A stretch of 64,000 bases of DNA from assembly GCA_963718615.1 (NCBI GenBank), contig OY970368.1, positions 2,816,001-2,880,000 of the forward strand, read 5' to 3'. Positions 1 through 10,098 of the stretch are shown here, in pieces. Under the pieces are notes generated by a model. The model did not search any database and had not been told where the DNA came from. It saw nothing but the letters and a program-made list of their open reading frames with translations. The first letter of the stretch is position 1. Every line of letters starts with the position of its first letter. The position numbers and the translations under genes are program-made. The stretch is from an uncultured cyanobacterium. Its GTDB lineage: Bacteria; Cyanobacteriota; Cyanobacteriia; PCC-9006; JAAUQQ01.

Positions 1-1637
1 TCCGCTGGGCGATCGCAAGTGGTAATCACAATCGACACCTTGACCGTTTCCGGTAATACTGGGGCGATCGCAACGTCCGCAATGGCAGCAACGGCCTCAG
101 GCTCGGGCTCGGGCGGCAGTAACTGCTCATCCAACTCGGTGGCGATCGCCTCCCAGCGGTGCTGAGCGGTATAGGGGGGTGTCAGCAATCGCTGGCCCAA
201 TTGCTCGAAGAGCGCCCGACGTAGCTGATCAACACTGACCGTGCCTCGGCAGTTTTCCAACTCCAGACTGTCGAGCAATTGACCGTGATGACTGATGAAC
301 AAACGAAGGCGATCGTCGCTATCTAAATCGGTCAGGGGGGTTAGCGGTTGGGCCAGATCTAAATGGCGAACCCCTACGCGAATTGAGGGGGGGAGATCTG
401 TGGCTAAACCCTTGGACGGATCGGGAGTGGCGGCGGTAGGGCCTTGAGTCCAGCCAGCTCGTAATCCTTGAATCCATCCGGCAATCTCCGTCCCGTGGAG
501 GCGGCGACCTTCCCCCTGGTTGGAGAGCCAAGACCGAATCGCCCAGTAGAATCCTCCCAATCCTTCCCGCAGAAAGGCTTTGCCGTAGGCGCGAGGCAAC
601 TGGGCGCTGCCGGTGCGCCAACCCCAGAGGTAATACTGGGCGAGGGCCGCCATTTGCTGTCGGAGTTGCGATCGCAAACTCTCCTCATCCTGAGCAGCCC
701 AGGACTGCAAAATCAACCGAGGCTCGGCCAAGATCGTGTAATCGGCTTGGAGTAATTCAAAACAGAGGGCTGCGATCGCCCCTGCCTCAGACCCCAATTC
801 GGGCCGCAGCCTGAGCGTTCCCAAGGCCGACCGACGCACCACAAAACAGTCGGGATTGAGCCAAGTTTTGAGCTGTACCTGCTGCCAAAGCCGCTCGGGC
901 TGTTGACTGCGCCGCTGCCAGCGCCGCTCTAGATTTTGGGGCAGGAGGCCATGGCGTTCTTGCCGAAGCAGCGCCTCGGTGGCTTGCTCAGCGGGGATCA
1001 CCAGACCCGTCATGGCGGCCAGCTCAGGGGTTGTCCGAAAGCCTTGGGCGATCGCCTGGAGTCCCTGAAGATCAAGTCGAAGATGGGGCTGGAGAAACAC
1101 CAGCAGATCACTTTGACTTTGGGCGATCGCCTGGTTGTAAAGACTCATGCCATCAGCCGCCCCCGCCTCCGCCGCCAGACAGAACCAGTCTAAAGCGGGA
1201 TACTGTTGCTGCAATGCGACCAAGTGGGCCGCGCAGGATTCCACCTCAGCGGGGGATGCGGAGAGATTGGAGAGATTACAAAGGGCTACCGTGATCGGGG
1301 GCAACGTCTCACCGGCGGGTAAATCCTGAGGGGTGAGCAAGGCGGTGATGGGCAAACGCCCCTGGGCGATCGCCTCCCAAGGACTACCAGGAGCCGTTCC
1401 CGCCGTTAGTAAGGGTTCCAGTAGCTCAGCGACGATTGCGGAACGGAACTGGGCCAAAATCGCAGTGGCGATCGCCCGAGCCCGACAGACCCCTCCCTCA
1501 ATCGCCACCTCAACCCACCCTAAGGGTTGCCCCTGAACCCGCACCAGCCCCCGCAGCGCATCAAAGTCCTCTAGACCGCTCAGGTCCTGGAGCGGCTGAC
1601 TGATGTCAATTTGAATAACTTTTCTCAATCGGCTCAT
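1..1637 (-). CDS. Multi-domain family-2 glycosyltransferase, partial (runs off the left edge)
   Basis: Absent from the ORF track because no stop lies in the window. ATG at 1637 overlaps the TGA of the upstream gene (ATGA) and reads MSRLRKVIQIDISQPLQDL... The same frame at the window edge reads PVLPETVKVSIVITTCDRPA, a canonical GT2 N-terminal motif. Confidence 0.85.
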   Translation of the reverse strand, partial: MSRLRKVIQIDISQPLQDLSGLEDFDALRGLVRVQGQPLGWVEVAIEGGVCRARAIATAILAQFRSAIVAELLEPLLTAGTAPGSPWEAIAQGRLPITALLTPQDLPAGETLPPITVALCNLSNLSASPAEVESCAAHLVALQQQYPALDWFCLAAEAGAADGMSLYNQAIAQSQSDLLVFLQPHLRLDLQGLQAIAQGFRTTPELAAMTGLVIPAEQATEALLRQERHGLLPQNLERRWQRRSQQPERLWQQVQLKTWLNPDCFVVRRSALGTLRLRPELGSEAGAIAALCFELLQADYTILAEPRLILQSWAAQDEESLRSQLRQQMAALAQYYLWGWRTGSAQLPRAYGKAFLREGLGGFYWAIRSWLSNQGEGRRLHGTEIAGWIQGLRAGWTQGPTAATPDPSKGLATDLPPSIRVGVRHLDLAQPLTPLTDLDSDDRLRLFISHHGQLLDSLELENCRGTVSVDQLRRALFEQLGQRLLTPPYTAQHRWEAIATELDEQLLPPEPEPEAVAAIADVAIAPVLPETVKVSIVITTCDRPA

Positions 1638-2791
1638 GATGTAACGGGAGGTGCAAGGGTTTCCGAAGTTTCCAAAGCGTTGCAAGACAACGAGGGGGCA
1701 TTCTCTCGCAGGTCCAATCGCTCATGGACAGGGATGTAGGGAGCACTGCGACCGAGCCGATGGACCCGTCGATGGGACTGCCATAGGCTCCAGGGACCCA
1801 CAATAAAACCCCAGCATTCTCGCCAGGCGAGGGACCAGGGGTAATCCATTAAGCCTAAACCCGAGAGGACGAGACGACGCAAATAGTAATGGGGTAAGCC
1901 CCGTAACAGGGCAGCCAATGCCCGACGATCGCCATCGACCAGCAGCGTCATCAAATGGTAGGCGATCGCACTTTTACTGTAGTTAAAAATCTGCCGGTGT
2001 AAAGCGGCCTGACTCTGCCGGTGTCGGTGCCAGGCGAAGGCGCGCGGATGGTAAACCAGAGTATACCCTGCGGCTACGGCTCGATAGAAAAGGTAGGGGT
2101 CCTCACCGGCACCAACGGGCGTTCCTGGCCCCAGGGTCTCTTCCAGCAAACCCACCTGAGGGTCGGCAAAGATCTCTGCCCGAAACGCCGCGCTGGCCGT
2201 GACCCCAAAATCCCAACCGGTGACGGCATTGCTGGACGCCCTAAACCAAGCTTGATCAATCTCAAAGGCGTCAGTCCCCATGCTGAGGCTACAGTGTCGC
2301 TCAAACAATCGTTCTGACTCCATTTCTAACTGAAGCGGCAGAAGGTTGCTGGTAACAATTCCCACCTCTGGTCGAGCGAAGGGTTCCAGTAAATGGTCGA
2401 GCCAGGTCGGGGGGACAATAACATCGTCATCGACGGTGGCGATCAACGCGCCGCGACTGGCCACAATCCCAGCATTGCGAGCATAGGCGGCACCTGCACG
2501 GGGTTCTTCGACGCGAACCAATCGGGGAGGAGCTGGGGCTAATTCTGGGGCTAATTCCACAGCCATTTCCCTAGCCATTTCGTTGACAATAACCGCCGTT
2601 AAACCTGATTCGGGATGGTTGTCCACAACCACAATTTCAAAGACATACTTAGTTTTTTGCTGTATTAAATAATTTAAGCAATTGCGTAGATCTTCGGGGC
2701 GATCGTAGGTGGCGATTACCACTGAAACATCGGGAAGCGGTGAGATGGGCTTTCCGTGGCTAGTTTGGGTTAACGGAGTGGGCTGGGACAA
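1634..2791 (-). CDS. Glycosyltransferase family 2
   Basis: VSVVIATYDRP, GAAYARNAG, DxD motif (TVDDD) and GAGED motif. Confidence 0.92.
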   Translation of the reverse strand: MSQPTPLTQTSHGKPISPLPDVSVVIATYDRPEDLRNCLNYLIQQKTKYVFEIVVVDNHPESGLTAVIVNEMAREMAVELAPELAPAPPRLVRVEEPRAGAAYARNAGIVASRGALIATVDDDVIVPPTWLDHLLEPFARPEVGIVTSNLLPLQLEMESERLFERHCSLSMGTDAFEIDQAWFRASSNAVTGWDFGVTASAAFRAEIFADPQVGLLEETLGPGTPVGAGEDPYLFYRAVAAGYTLVYHPRAFAWHRHRQSQAALHRQIFNYSKSAIAYHLMTLLVDGDRRALAALLRGLPHYYLRRLVLSGLGLMDYPWSLAWRECWGFIVGPWSLWQSHRRVHRLGRSAPYIPVHERLDLRENAPSLSCNALETSETLAPPVTS

Positions 2792-3401
2792 GGGATTCAG
2801 CGTACTACCAGAGACAACACCATTGAGGTTTTATGAGATTCTATGAGATTTTAAGCGACTCAAAATCCCTGAGGTTTCTTCTGGGGCAACTCAAAAGCCC
2901 GAAGAAACTGCTTCAACCCTATTGTGGGCCCAGGCGATCGCAATCCGTAGAGTTATGGAAAAACAAGACCTTCAAGCCGTCGCCTTAGGTTGTCTGAACT
3001 TGAATCATAAATTTGATCATAAATTTTTTAGAAAAATGATTCACCGGAGGTTCCACCCAAACTTTACAAAAAGGAGCTTCAACTGAAAATTCATGGTGAA
3101 GATATCCCCGAAAAAGAGCCATTGGGAGTTTATCTCGGCTTCATCTTGCCTTGAAGACTAGATGAGTTATCAATAATTCCCACAGGGTAGGAGCTACGGT
3201 AGTAGCACGTACGTCTTTTCCGACACCGTAGCTCCCCTGGCCCTGGCGATACGCTATAGATATGCTGAAGATAGGCCGAACGTTTTGCCTCCATTGTCGT
3301 CTTGAGAGGTGTCGTCTTGAGATGTTCTGTCCTTGGGCCAGCCCCCGGTAATCCCTTCTCTCTCGCGGGATTCATTTTCTTCGAATTTTGATTCAAGCAT
3401 T

Positions 3402-4490
3402 ATGTCCTCAGCTGTCTCACGGTCATTGCGTTTTCAGCCCGCTCTCGGCGATCGCCCTTCCATCTCGGTGATTGTGCCGGTTCATAATGGTGGCGAAAGT
3501 TTTCGCCGCTGTTTGAGCAGTCTGCTTGGGAGTGAGCAGCGGCCCGACGAAATTATTGTGGTGGCGGATGGGGAGAGCGATGGTGCTTGGCGCTTGGCTG
3601 AGCAGTGGGGATTAACGGTGATTCGCGTGGCCGAAGCAGAAGGACCAGCGGCGGCGCGCAATCGGGGGGCGGCGATCGCCCAGGGAGACATCCTCTTCTT
3701 TGTAGATGCGGATGTCACGATTCAGCCGGATACCATCGGACAGGTCATGACCCGGTTTGAACAGGATCCCTCGATCGATGCGCTGATTGGCTCCTATGAT
3801 GACATGCCCGGCGCACGCAATTTTCTGTCGCAATACCGGAACCTGCTCCACCATTACACCCATCAAGTTTCCTCGCCCGAAGCGTCGACCTTCTGGGGAG
3901 CCTGTGGCGCGATCCGCCGATCGGTGTTTTGGGCCGTGAATGGCTTTGACGAACGCTATCGGTTGCCCTGTGTCGAGGACATTGAGCTGGGGTATCGCCT
4001 CAAGCAGGCCGGGTATCGCATCCGACTGTATAAAGATATTCAGGTCAAACATCTCAAGCGTTGGCAGCCCCTGTCGATGATTCGTACAGACTTCTTTTGT
4101 CGGGCGCTGCCTTGGACCGAGCTGCTCCTGCGCGATCGCCAGCCGATGAATGATCTCAATCTTCAAACCGCCAATCGTCTTAGCGTGGTCTGTGCCTTCT
4201 TGTCCTTGACCTCGGTCCCCTTGGCCTGGGTGCAGCCTTGGAGTTTAGCCTTAGCGCTCTTGGCCTTGCTGGGATTGTGGGGACTGAATGGTGGACTCTA
4301 TCAATTTTTCTATCGCAAGCGCGGCGTTTGGTTTACGGGACAGGCAATGGTTTGGCATTGGCTCTTTTATCTCTACAGCGGAGCCGCTTTTGCCTTAGGA
4401 CTCGTCCGCCACACGATGGGTCAACAGACGGCTGCATCATCGCGCCCTGCCCAGAAACCCGTGACTCGTCCCTTGGTTTCCCTGAGATAA
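3402..4490 (+). CDS. Glycosyltransferase family 2 with C-terminal transmembrane helices
   Basis: ISVIVPVHNG, GPAAARNRG, FVDAD, GFDE..EDIELG, hydrophobic C-terminus. ATG 3402 preferred over TTG 3333. Confidence 0.9.
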   Translation: MSSAVSRSLRFQPALGDRPSISVIVPVHNGGESFRRCLSSLLGSEQRPDEIIVVADGESDGAWRLAEQWGLTVIRVAEAEGPAAARNRGAAIAQGDILFFVDADVTIQPDTIGQVMTRFEQDPSIDALIGSYDDMPGARNFLSQYRNLLHHYTHQVSSPEASTFWGACGAIRRSVFWAVNGFDERYRLPCVEDIELGYRLKQAGYRIRLYKDIQVKHLKRWQPLSMIRTDFFCRALPWTELLLRDRQPMNDLNLQTANRLSVVCAFLSLTSVPLAWVQPWSLALALLALLGLWGLNGGLYQFFYRKRGVWFTGQAMVWHWLFYLYSGAAFALGLVRHTMGQQTAASSRPAQKPVTRPLVSLR

Positions 4491-4531
4491 GGCCAGCCTT
4501 TAGGATATCTAGGTAATCAAAAGGACTAGGT

Positions 4532-6277
4532 ATGCTGTTTTTTCTGGTCGTTTGGACGGTTTTAACGGCAGTTTGTACGGTGGTCGGCGTTGGCGTGCTC
4601 TCGCGCTTGGAGCTGCGGACGGTCAGCCGTTGGGGCGATCGCTGGATTCTTTCCCTCTGGCTAGGGCTTTTAACCCTAGCCCTGGCTCTGCTCCTGACTT
4701 CCTTTGGGCTCCCGCTTTCGCCCTGGGTTGGCTTACTGGTTGCAGGTATTTTGGTCAATGCGTCCCTTCTCCCTCGGGGGAATTGGCAGCGGTTGCAGCA
4801 ATTGCAAAGTCGCTGCAATGCAGGTTGGATAGTTGCCCTCTGTTGTTTGATGCTGGTCGCGACGGTGCCCAGTACGCAACCGGTCCATTGGTATGACACA
4901 GGGCTCTATCATTTTGGAGCGATTCGCTGGTTAGCGGATTATGGCGCGGTGCCTGGACTGTCGTTGCTGCTGAGTCAGCTGGGCTTTTCGTCGTCGTGGT
5001 TTGCCTTGGCGGCTCCCTTTAATCCGGCTTGGCTCGATGCCCGAGGAGCCGTGGTTGTCAATGGCTTTGCCCTCTATTTGGGATTACTACATCTAACCCT
5101 GGCCGGTAATCGGGCCTTGCAGGGACGGGCTCAGCTCGCGGATGGGTTTGTTTTGACCTACGGAGCCCTAGCGGCTGGCGTGGTCATGGTATCGAGTTTT
5201 ATGCGGGAGGTGTTTGTTTCGGCTTCGCCCGATGTGCCAATTTTGATGTTGATCGGCCTCTGTGCTTGGGTTCTACTGTTGCAGCGGCAGGCTCTAGCCA
5301 AGCGGCAAGAGCAACAGTCTGGGGTACTGGGGTCCGGTCCTCGGGCCATCAATCTGCTGATGGCGGCAGGTGCTACGGGCATCAAGCTCACGGCCTTACC
5401 CCTGTTGCCCGTTGCTGTGCTGAGTTATGCCTGGGTCAACGGTCGCCTGCACCTCAGGCGCTTGGTTCTAGGATCCCTGGTGTTGCTTCTGGTCCTGAGT
5501 CCCGTGCTGCTCTATTCGGTCATGACATCCGGTTGTCCCCTGTATCCCGCTCAGGCGTTGTGTTTGGATACGCCCTGGGCGATTCAGCCGGAACAGGCGG
5601 CGTTAGAGCGATCGCGCGTCAGCAACTGGATTGCTTGGTTTGGTACACCCCCCGCAGGTGAAAATCCCTGGCTTTGGGGAGCCAAGCAGTGGTTGGGGGT
5701 GCCGACCAATCTCTTGATGGTGGGGATGGCGATCGCGACGCTAGTTGGCATTGGTATCCTGGCGCGGCGGGGATTCTTCAAACGCCTAGATGAACGGATT
5801 TGGCTCTTGCTGCTCGGCCTGATGGGGATGGCCTTTACCCTGACACAGATGCCCGTGGTTCGGCTTGGGCTCGGGTATTTTTTGGTGGTTCCGGCTTTTT
5901 TTGCGGCGCTAGCCCTGGAGAGTTCTAGAGCCCAGCAACTCAGCGCTGCCTTCGGGCGACGATTGCCCCAAGGACTCGTGCGATCGCGCCTCGTCTGGCT
6001 TCGCCTTGCCGCAGTGCTCCTGACCCTAGGGCTCGTCGGTTTTCTGCCCCTGCGCACGGGCCATGCTGTCCTCCCACCGCCCCTGCCCCAGGTCACCTTT
6101 GGCACGGGATTACTCAACAATATTGAATATCAATACCCGACGCAGGCTGAGGTTTGTTGGACGATTCCGTTGCCCTGTACCCATGAGGGCGTTGTCTTTG
6201 ATGGTCTGGAGGATGACTTGGTTTTGCTCGATCCGGCCCAAGGCATTGGTGGTGGATTTCGCCATCGCGATCGCTAG
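4532..6277 (+). CDS. Polytopic membrane protein (LIC_10190-like, possibly GT-C fold)
   Basis: 581 aa with many hydrophobic segments and a WYDTGLYH loop motif; directly downstream of a GT2 gene. Confidence 0.7.
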   Translation: MLFFLVVWTVLTAVCTVVGVGVLSRLELRTVSRWGDRWILSLWLGLLTLALALLLTSFGLPLSPWVGLLVAGILVNASLLPRGNWQRLQQLQSRCNAGWIVALCCLMLVATVPSTQPVHWYDTGLYHFGAIRWLADYGAVPGLSLLLSQLGFSSSWFALAAPFNPAWLDARGAVVVNGFALYLGLLHLTLAGNRALQGRAQLADGFVLTYGALAAGVVMVSSFMREVFVSASPDVPILMLIGLCAWVLLLQRQALAKRQEQQSGVLGSGPRAINLLMAAGATGIKLTALPLLPVAVLSYAWVNGRLHLRRLVLGSLVLLLVLSPVLLYSVMTSGCPLYPAQALCLDTPWAIQPEQAALERSRVSNWIAWFGTPPAGENPWLWGAKQWLGVPTNLLMVGMAIATLVGIGILARRGFFKRLDERIWLLLLGLMGMAFTLTQMPVVRLGLGYFLVVPAFFAALALESSRAQQLSAAFGRRLPQGLVRSRLVWLRLAAVLLTLGLVGFLPLRTGHAVLPPPLPQVTFGTGLLNNIEYQYPTQAEVCWTIPLPCTHEGVVFDGLEDDLVLLDPAQGIGGGFRHRDR

Positions 6278-6326
6278 GGCTGGTCCAAATGACTGGTCCA
6301 AAGGCTGGTCAAGACCGCTGACCCCG

Positions 6327-7514
6327 CTAACGAACCGACCGACCGAGGGATTGATAATGCTCCCGCAACTGAGCCGCGATCGCCCCCCAACTATATCGTT
6401 CCGCTGCACAGCGGCGTGCATTCTGACCGCGAATTTGCCGTTCCGCTGCATCCTTGAGCGCCATGCGCAAATGGTCACCCACTGAATCCACTGAACAGGT
6501 GCTAATCCAACCGGCTTCAGCGGCAGTGATATCGGGATGGATATGCACCTGATCTGAAATGACGACTGGAACCCCCGCCGCCATGGCCTCCGCGACGGCA
6601 ATGCCAAAGTTTTCGTAGTAGGAAGGGAGGACAAACAAATCGGCAGATTGTAAGAGCAACCGTTTGCGATCGCCCTGAACAAACCCCGGAATTGTGGTGC
6701 GATCGCCCAAGGTAGAGTTGCGAATCCGTGCCTGAATTCCCTGTTCGTAGGCTGGATCCTGGGGATTGCCGCCCGCTAATACAAAGTGAAAATCTAGCCC
6801 TTCCCTTTGCAGTTGTTCCAGGGCAGGAAGCAGCAAATCTAAACCTTTTTTGGGATCGATGCGGGAGAAGAAGAGAAGGAGCGGCTGATCCACAGGAAGT
6901 TGGAGCGATCGCCGGAGGTCCAGCCGCTCTGATTCAGTTGCCAGTACAGGTAATGATACACCCAACGGCAATACCAGACTGGGTGGAGTTGTCCCAAACC
7001 GTTCAGAAACCTGGCATTCTTGGGCACTGGTAAAGTGAATTGCAGCGGCTCGCGCCAGATTGGGTTTTTCGAGAATCTGGGCATAGAGCTGCTTTAGCTG
7101 CTTTTTCTTTTGTAAATCGGCGGGGTCCAGTGTGCCCAGGGGACGCAGAATATAGGGTAAGTTGTGGCGGCGACAAATGGCTGCGGCGATGCTGCTCACC
7201 GGGGAAAAGAGAGCATGGATATGGGCAATATCGTACTCATCGGCGTGCTGATCGAGCCAGCGAAACAGCGGCAGCGAAAACTTGTACCGGCGGAAGGGAG
7301 AACAGCGAAAATAGCGAATTTGGTAGCCGTTTTGTTCGACGGGGCGATCGAGCGGCACATCCAACGGCTCTTGGCCATTGTCACCATTGGTATCCGTGGT
7401 CAGGATCGTCACCTCCACCCCTTGCTGTGCCAAGGCTTCGCTGAGCCCCAAGGCCATCTGGCTCGGCCCCCCGTAGACCAGCGAAATCGACGGGACAATC
7501 TGTAAAACACGCAT
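6327..7514 (-). CDS. hpsP: Hormogonium polysaccharide GT4 glycosyltransferase HpsP
   Basis: MRVLQIVPSISLVYGGPSQM N-terminus; ENFGIAVAEAMAAG GT4 motif; TAATG overlap with the upstream gene. Confidence 0.8.
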   Translation of the reverse strand: MRVLQIVPSISLVYGGPSQMALGLSEALAQQGVEVTILTTDTNGDNGQEPLDVPLDRPVEQNGYQIRYFRCSPFRRYKFSLPLFRWLDQHADEYDIAHIHALFSPVSSIAAAICRRHNLPYILRPLGTLDPADLQKKKQLKQLYAQILEKPNLARAAAIHFTSAQECQVSERFGTTPPSLVLPLGVSLPVLATESERLDLRRSLQLPVDQPLLLFFSRIDPKKGLDLLLPALEQLQREGLDFHFVLAGGNPQDPAYEQGIQARIRNSTLGDRTTIPGFVQGDRKRLLLQSADLFVLPSYYENFGIAVAEAMAAGVPVVISDQVHIHPDITAAEAGWISTCSVDSVGDHLRMALKDAAERQIRGQNARRCAAERYSWGAIAAQLREHYQSLGRSVR

Positions 7515-8761
7515 TAGGCGGTGACCTCCGTAGGGGGGGTGACATCACTTTTTGAAGTTGTAACTTCAACGGATTCTTGGGCTTGACAGAGTGATTCGTA
7601 GAATTCTAATTGAGCGGCAGCTAAAGCGCGGTTGGTGTAGTTTTTTAGAGCTCGCTTGTAGCCTTTTTGGCCGTATATTTGGGCTAGTTCAGGATTGTCC
7701 ATGAGTTGCTGGAGGCGATCGCGCAATTCCTCCACATTGCCCTCCGAAAACACCAAACCGGCATCCGCAATGACGTTAGGAATCTCCCCTGAATCCGAAC
7801 CAATGACCGGTACAGCACTGGCCATCGCTTCGATAATCACATGGCCAAATTGCTCCTTCCAGCCCGCAGCGGTAAGCGTTTTAAACTGATAGGTGGTTTC
7901 CGACGGCAGCAGCAGGGTACTCATCAAATTGATGTAGTGGGGGACTTCATCGTGGGGAACGCTTTCGACGAGAATGAGCCGATTTTCTAAACCAGATTCC
8001 TTTGCCCATTGCTTGAGTTCTGCTTTCAGCGGCCCGCGTCCGAGAATAAGCCATTTCCAGGGAGGATTACCTGACCCATCACCCAATCCTTCCAGCGCTT
8101 TTGCTAACGTCATCAACCCTTTTTCCGGTACAAACCGTCCGACGAATCCAACGACGAAATCATTCGGTTGAATCCCTAGTTTTGCTGCGAGTTGTGGTTG
8201 GGATTGGGGTTTAAAAATGCGTTCGTCTACACCGAGTTGAGGCAAGATACACATGGGACCGGAGTAATGGCGATCGCGCAAAACCTCAAACCCATCCTGA
8301 TTCCCCACAATCACGCCATCAGTCCCTTTGAGGTTATAGGCTTCGAGCCAGGAAATCGGAAATTTGAGCTGATAGGGCAAGTTCCACCAGGTGAAGAATA
8401 GGAGCTTGGCCTTAAGACCCAGCAGTTTATTCAGCGTGATTAACTGAGCGTAGGCGATCGATTTCGAGCCCTGTTCAACTTGAATAATATTAGGTCGAAA
8501 TTCTCGCAGGAGTTTAACTAAACCCCAACCAAAACTCATGAGCCCTTGATTATTTTCACTGAGGCTAGGCAGGGGAACAATGCGAAAATTGCCTTCCTGT
8601 TTCGGTTGCGATTCGATGATTTTGTTTTGAACTCCGCCCGGTCGCCAGCGCTTGGGCACCACAATAGTGACCTCCATCTCCGGTCGTAGCTGGGCCATTT
8701 GCCGTAGTTTTTCGCAGTTGAGATCGACAATGTAGGAGTGGCTGACGACCAGAATTTTCAT
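7514..8761 (-). CDS. hpsO: Hormogonium polysaccharide GT4 glycosyltransferase HpsO
   Basis: MKILVVSHSYIVDLNCEKLR; EQFGHVIIEAMAS. Start set at ATG 8761. Confidence 0.8.
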   Translation of the reverse strand: MKILVVSHSYIVDLNCEKLRQMAQLRPEMEVTIVVPKRWRPGGVQNKIIESQPKQEGNFRIVPLPSLSENNQGLMSFGWGLVKLLREFRPNIIQVEQGSKSIAYAQLITLNKLLGLKAKLLFFTWWNLPYQLKFPISWLEAYNLKGTDGVIVGNQDGFEVLRDRHYSGPMCILPQLGVDERIFKPQSQPQLAAKLGIQPNDFVVGFVGRFVPEKGLMTLAKALEGLGDGSGNPPWKWLILGRGPLKAELKQWAKESGLENRLILVESVPHDEVPHYINLMSTLLLPSETTYQFKTLTAAGWKEQFGHVIIEAMASAVPVIGSDSGEIPNVIADAGLVFSEGNVEELRDRLQQLMDNPELAQIYGQKGYKRALKNYTNRALAAAQLEFYESLCQAQESVEVTTSKSDVTPPTEVTA

Positions 8762-8802
8762 CGCGATGTTCCAGGAAGAGTGAGGCAACGGTAGGGGGAG
8801 AT

Positions 8803-9885
8803 TTATCGATTAAACAGGGGATCTTGACGGCTATAGATTTGGCCATGGTCCCAGGCAGACTTAAGAACGGTCATACCAGCCTTCAAGCTACCCAGAAAAT
8901 AGAACGCACCACGCACCAAAGTTTTCTGCAACGATGGACTCTTGTAGCAGGGCGGATGACCCAACACATGGCAATCAAACAGCTTGGCAAAGAACCGCGC
9001 ACATTGCCCTGGCGTTAGGTTCTTGAATCCCATCAAAAAGTGGTTGTGATAGAACGTGAATTGGTATTTGAGCGATCGCGTACTCACATCATGGCAACCG
9101 CCGGTTTCTTCGCCCAAATGAACCAAATGAGCCTCCGGTTCATACCAAATTTGATAGCCCGTTTTGCGAAGTCTTAGGCAAAAGTCTGACTCTTCTCGGA
9201 CGGCACTCCCCTGGAACCGCTCATCAAAGAAGATACCGTGGGTGTAAAAAATTTCGCGACGAAACGCCATGTTACAGCCCCGCGCCGTCAGTACCCGCTG
9301 AGGCTTGACCGTATGAACCAAGTCCATGTGATACCAGGCGATGCCGGGATCCATGGCTTCAGGCGGCAAGTCTTCCACAACCCGATCTTCCACAACTCGA
9401 TCTTGGCAGTTGCCTTGGCACTGTTGTCCTTCGTGGAGGGCTTCTTCCCGCTTGGCATCGGCGAGCTTCATGCGATCGAAGACCCGACCGGCTACGGCAC
9501 CGACTTCCGGGCGATCGCGCAAGACCTGGGCATGGGCTTTCAAAAACCCTTCCGGCAAGCGTACATCATCATCAATAAACACCAAAATTTCGCCCTTGGC
9601 GCGACGCACCGCATAGTTGCGGGCACCGGGTAGGCTCGCCCAGTCGAGGGTATAGAGCTGGATTTTGCCATCCGCCGCGAGCTGGTCCAGAAAGGCTTGT
9701 AGCTCTGGTTTGTGGTTGGGCAGTTGGTCTACGACGAGGATTTCGTAGTGAGGGTAGTCTAGGGCGATCGCATCTTTGAGCGTATCGTGCAGGGCGTCTT
9801 CCCGTCCGTAGGTGGGGACGATTACCGAGATTAGAGGCCAGTCCATAGATGGTGATGCTGTGTCTGTGGCTTGTGTTAGGTTCAC
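8803..9885 (-). CDS. hpsN: Hormogonium polysaccharide GT2 glycosyltransferase HpsN
   Basis: ISVIVPTYGRE, FIDDD, ARGCNMAFRR, REESDFC; order hpsN-O-P. Confidence 0.8.
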   Translation of the reverse strand: MNLTQATDTASPSMDWPLISVIVPTYGREDALHDTLKDAIALDYPHYEILVVDQLPNHKPELQAFLDQLAADGKIQLYTLDWASLPGARNYAVRRAKGEILVFIDDDVRLPEGFLKAHAQVLRDRPEVGAVAGRVFDRMKLADAKREEALHEGQQCQGNCQDRVVEDRVVEDLPPEAMDPGIAWYHMDLVHTVKPQRVLTARGCNMAFRREIFYTHGIFFDERFQGSAVREESDFCLRLRKTGYQIWYEPEAHLVHLGEETGGCHDVSTRSLKYQFTFYHNHFLMGFKNLTPGQCARFFAKLFDCHVLGHPPCYKSPSLQKTLVRGAFYFLGSLKAGMTVLKSAWDHGQIYSRQDPLFNR

Positions 9886-10098
9886 GGGATTAAGGCTGAT
9901 GCCATGGTAGCCGTGGCTTTCCGCAGAACGGAAAGGGTAACCGCACCCTCCAAGCTCTAGAGTGCACCGAATCGCCCGATTTTTATCAGGGGTTTATCTG
10001 TTCTGTTAGAATTCTGAGCCACTAAGTGCTCAATATCGGGAGTCGATTACTGTAATTCATTTTCCTCTGTCCTACCTGTTGTAGCATCGCTCTCTTTC

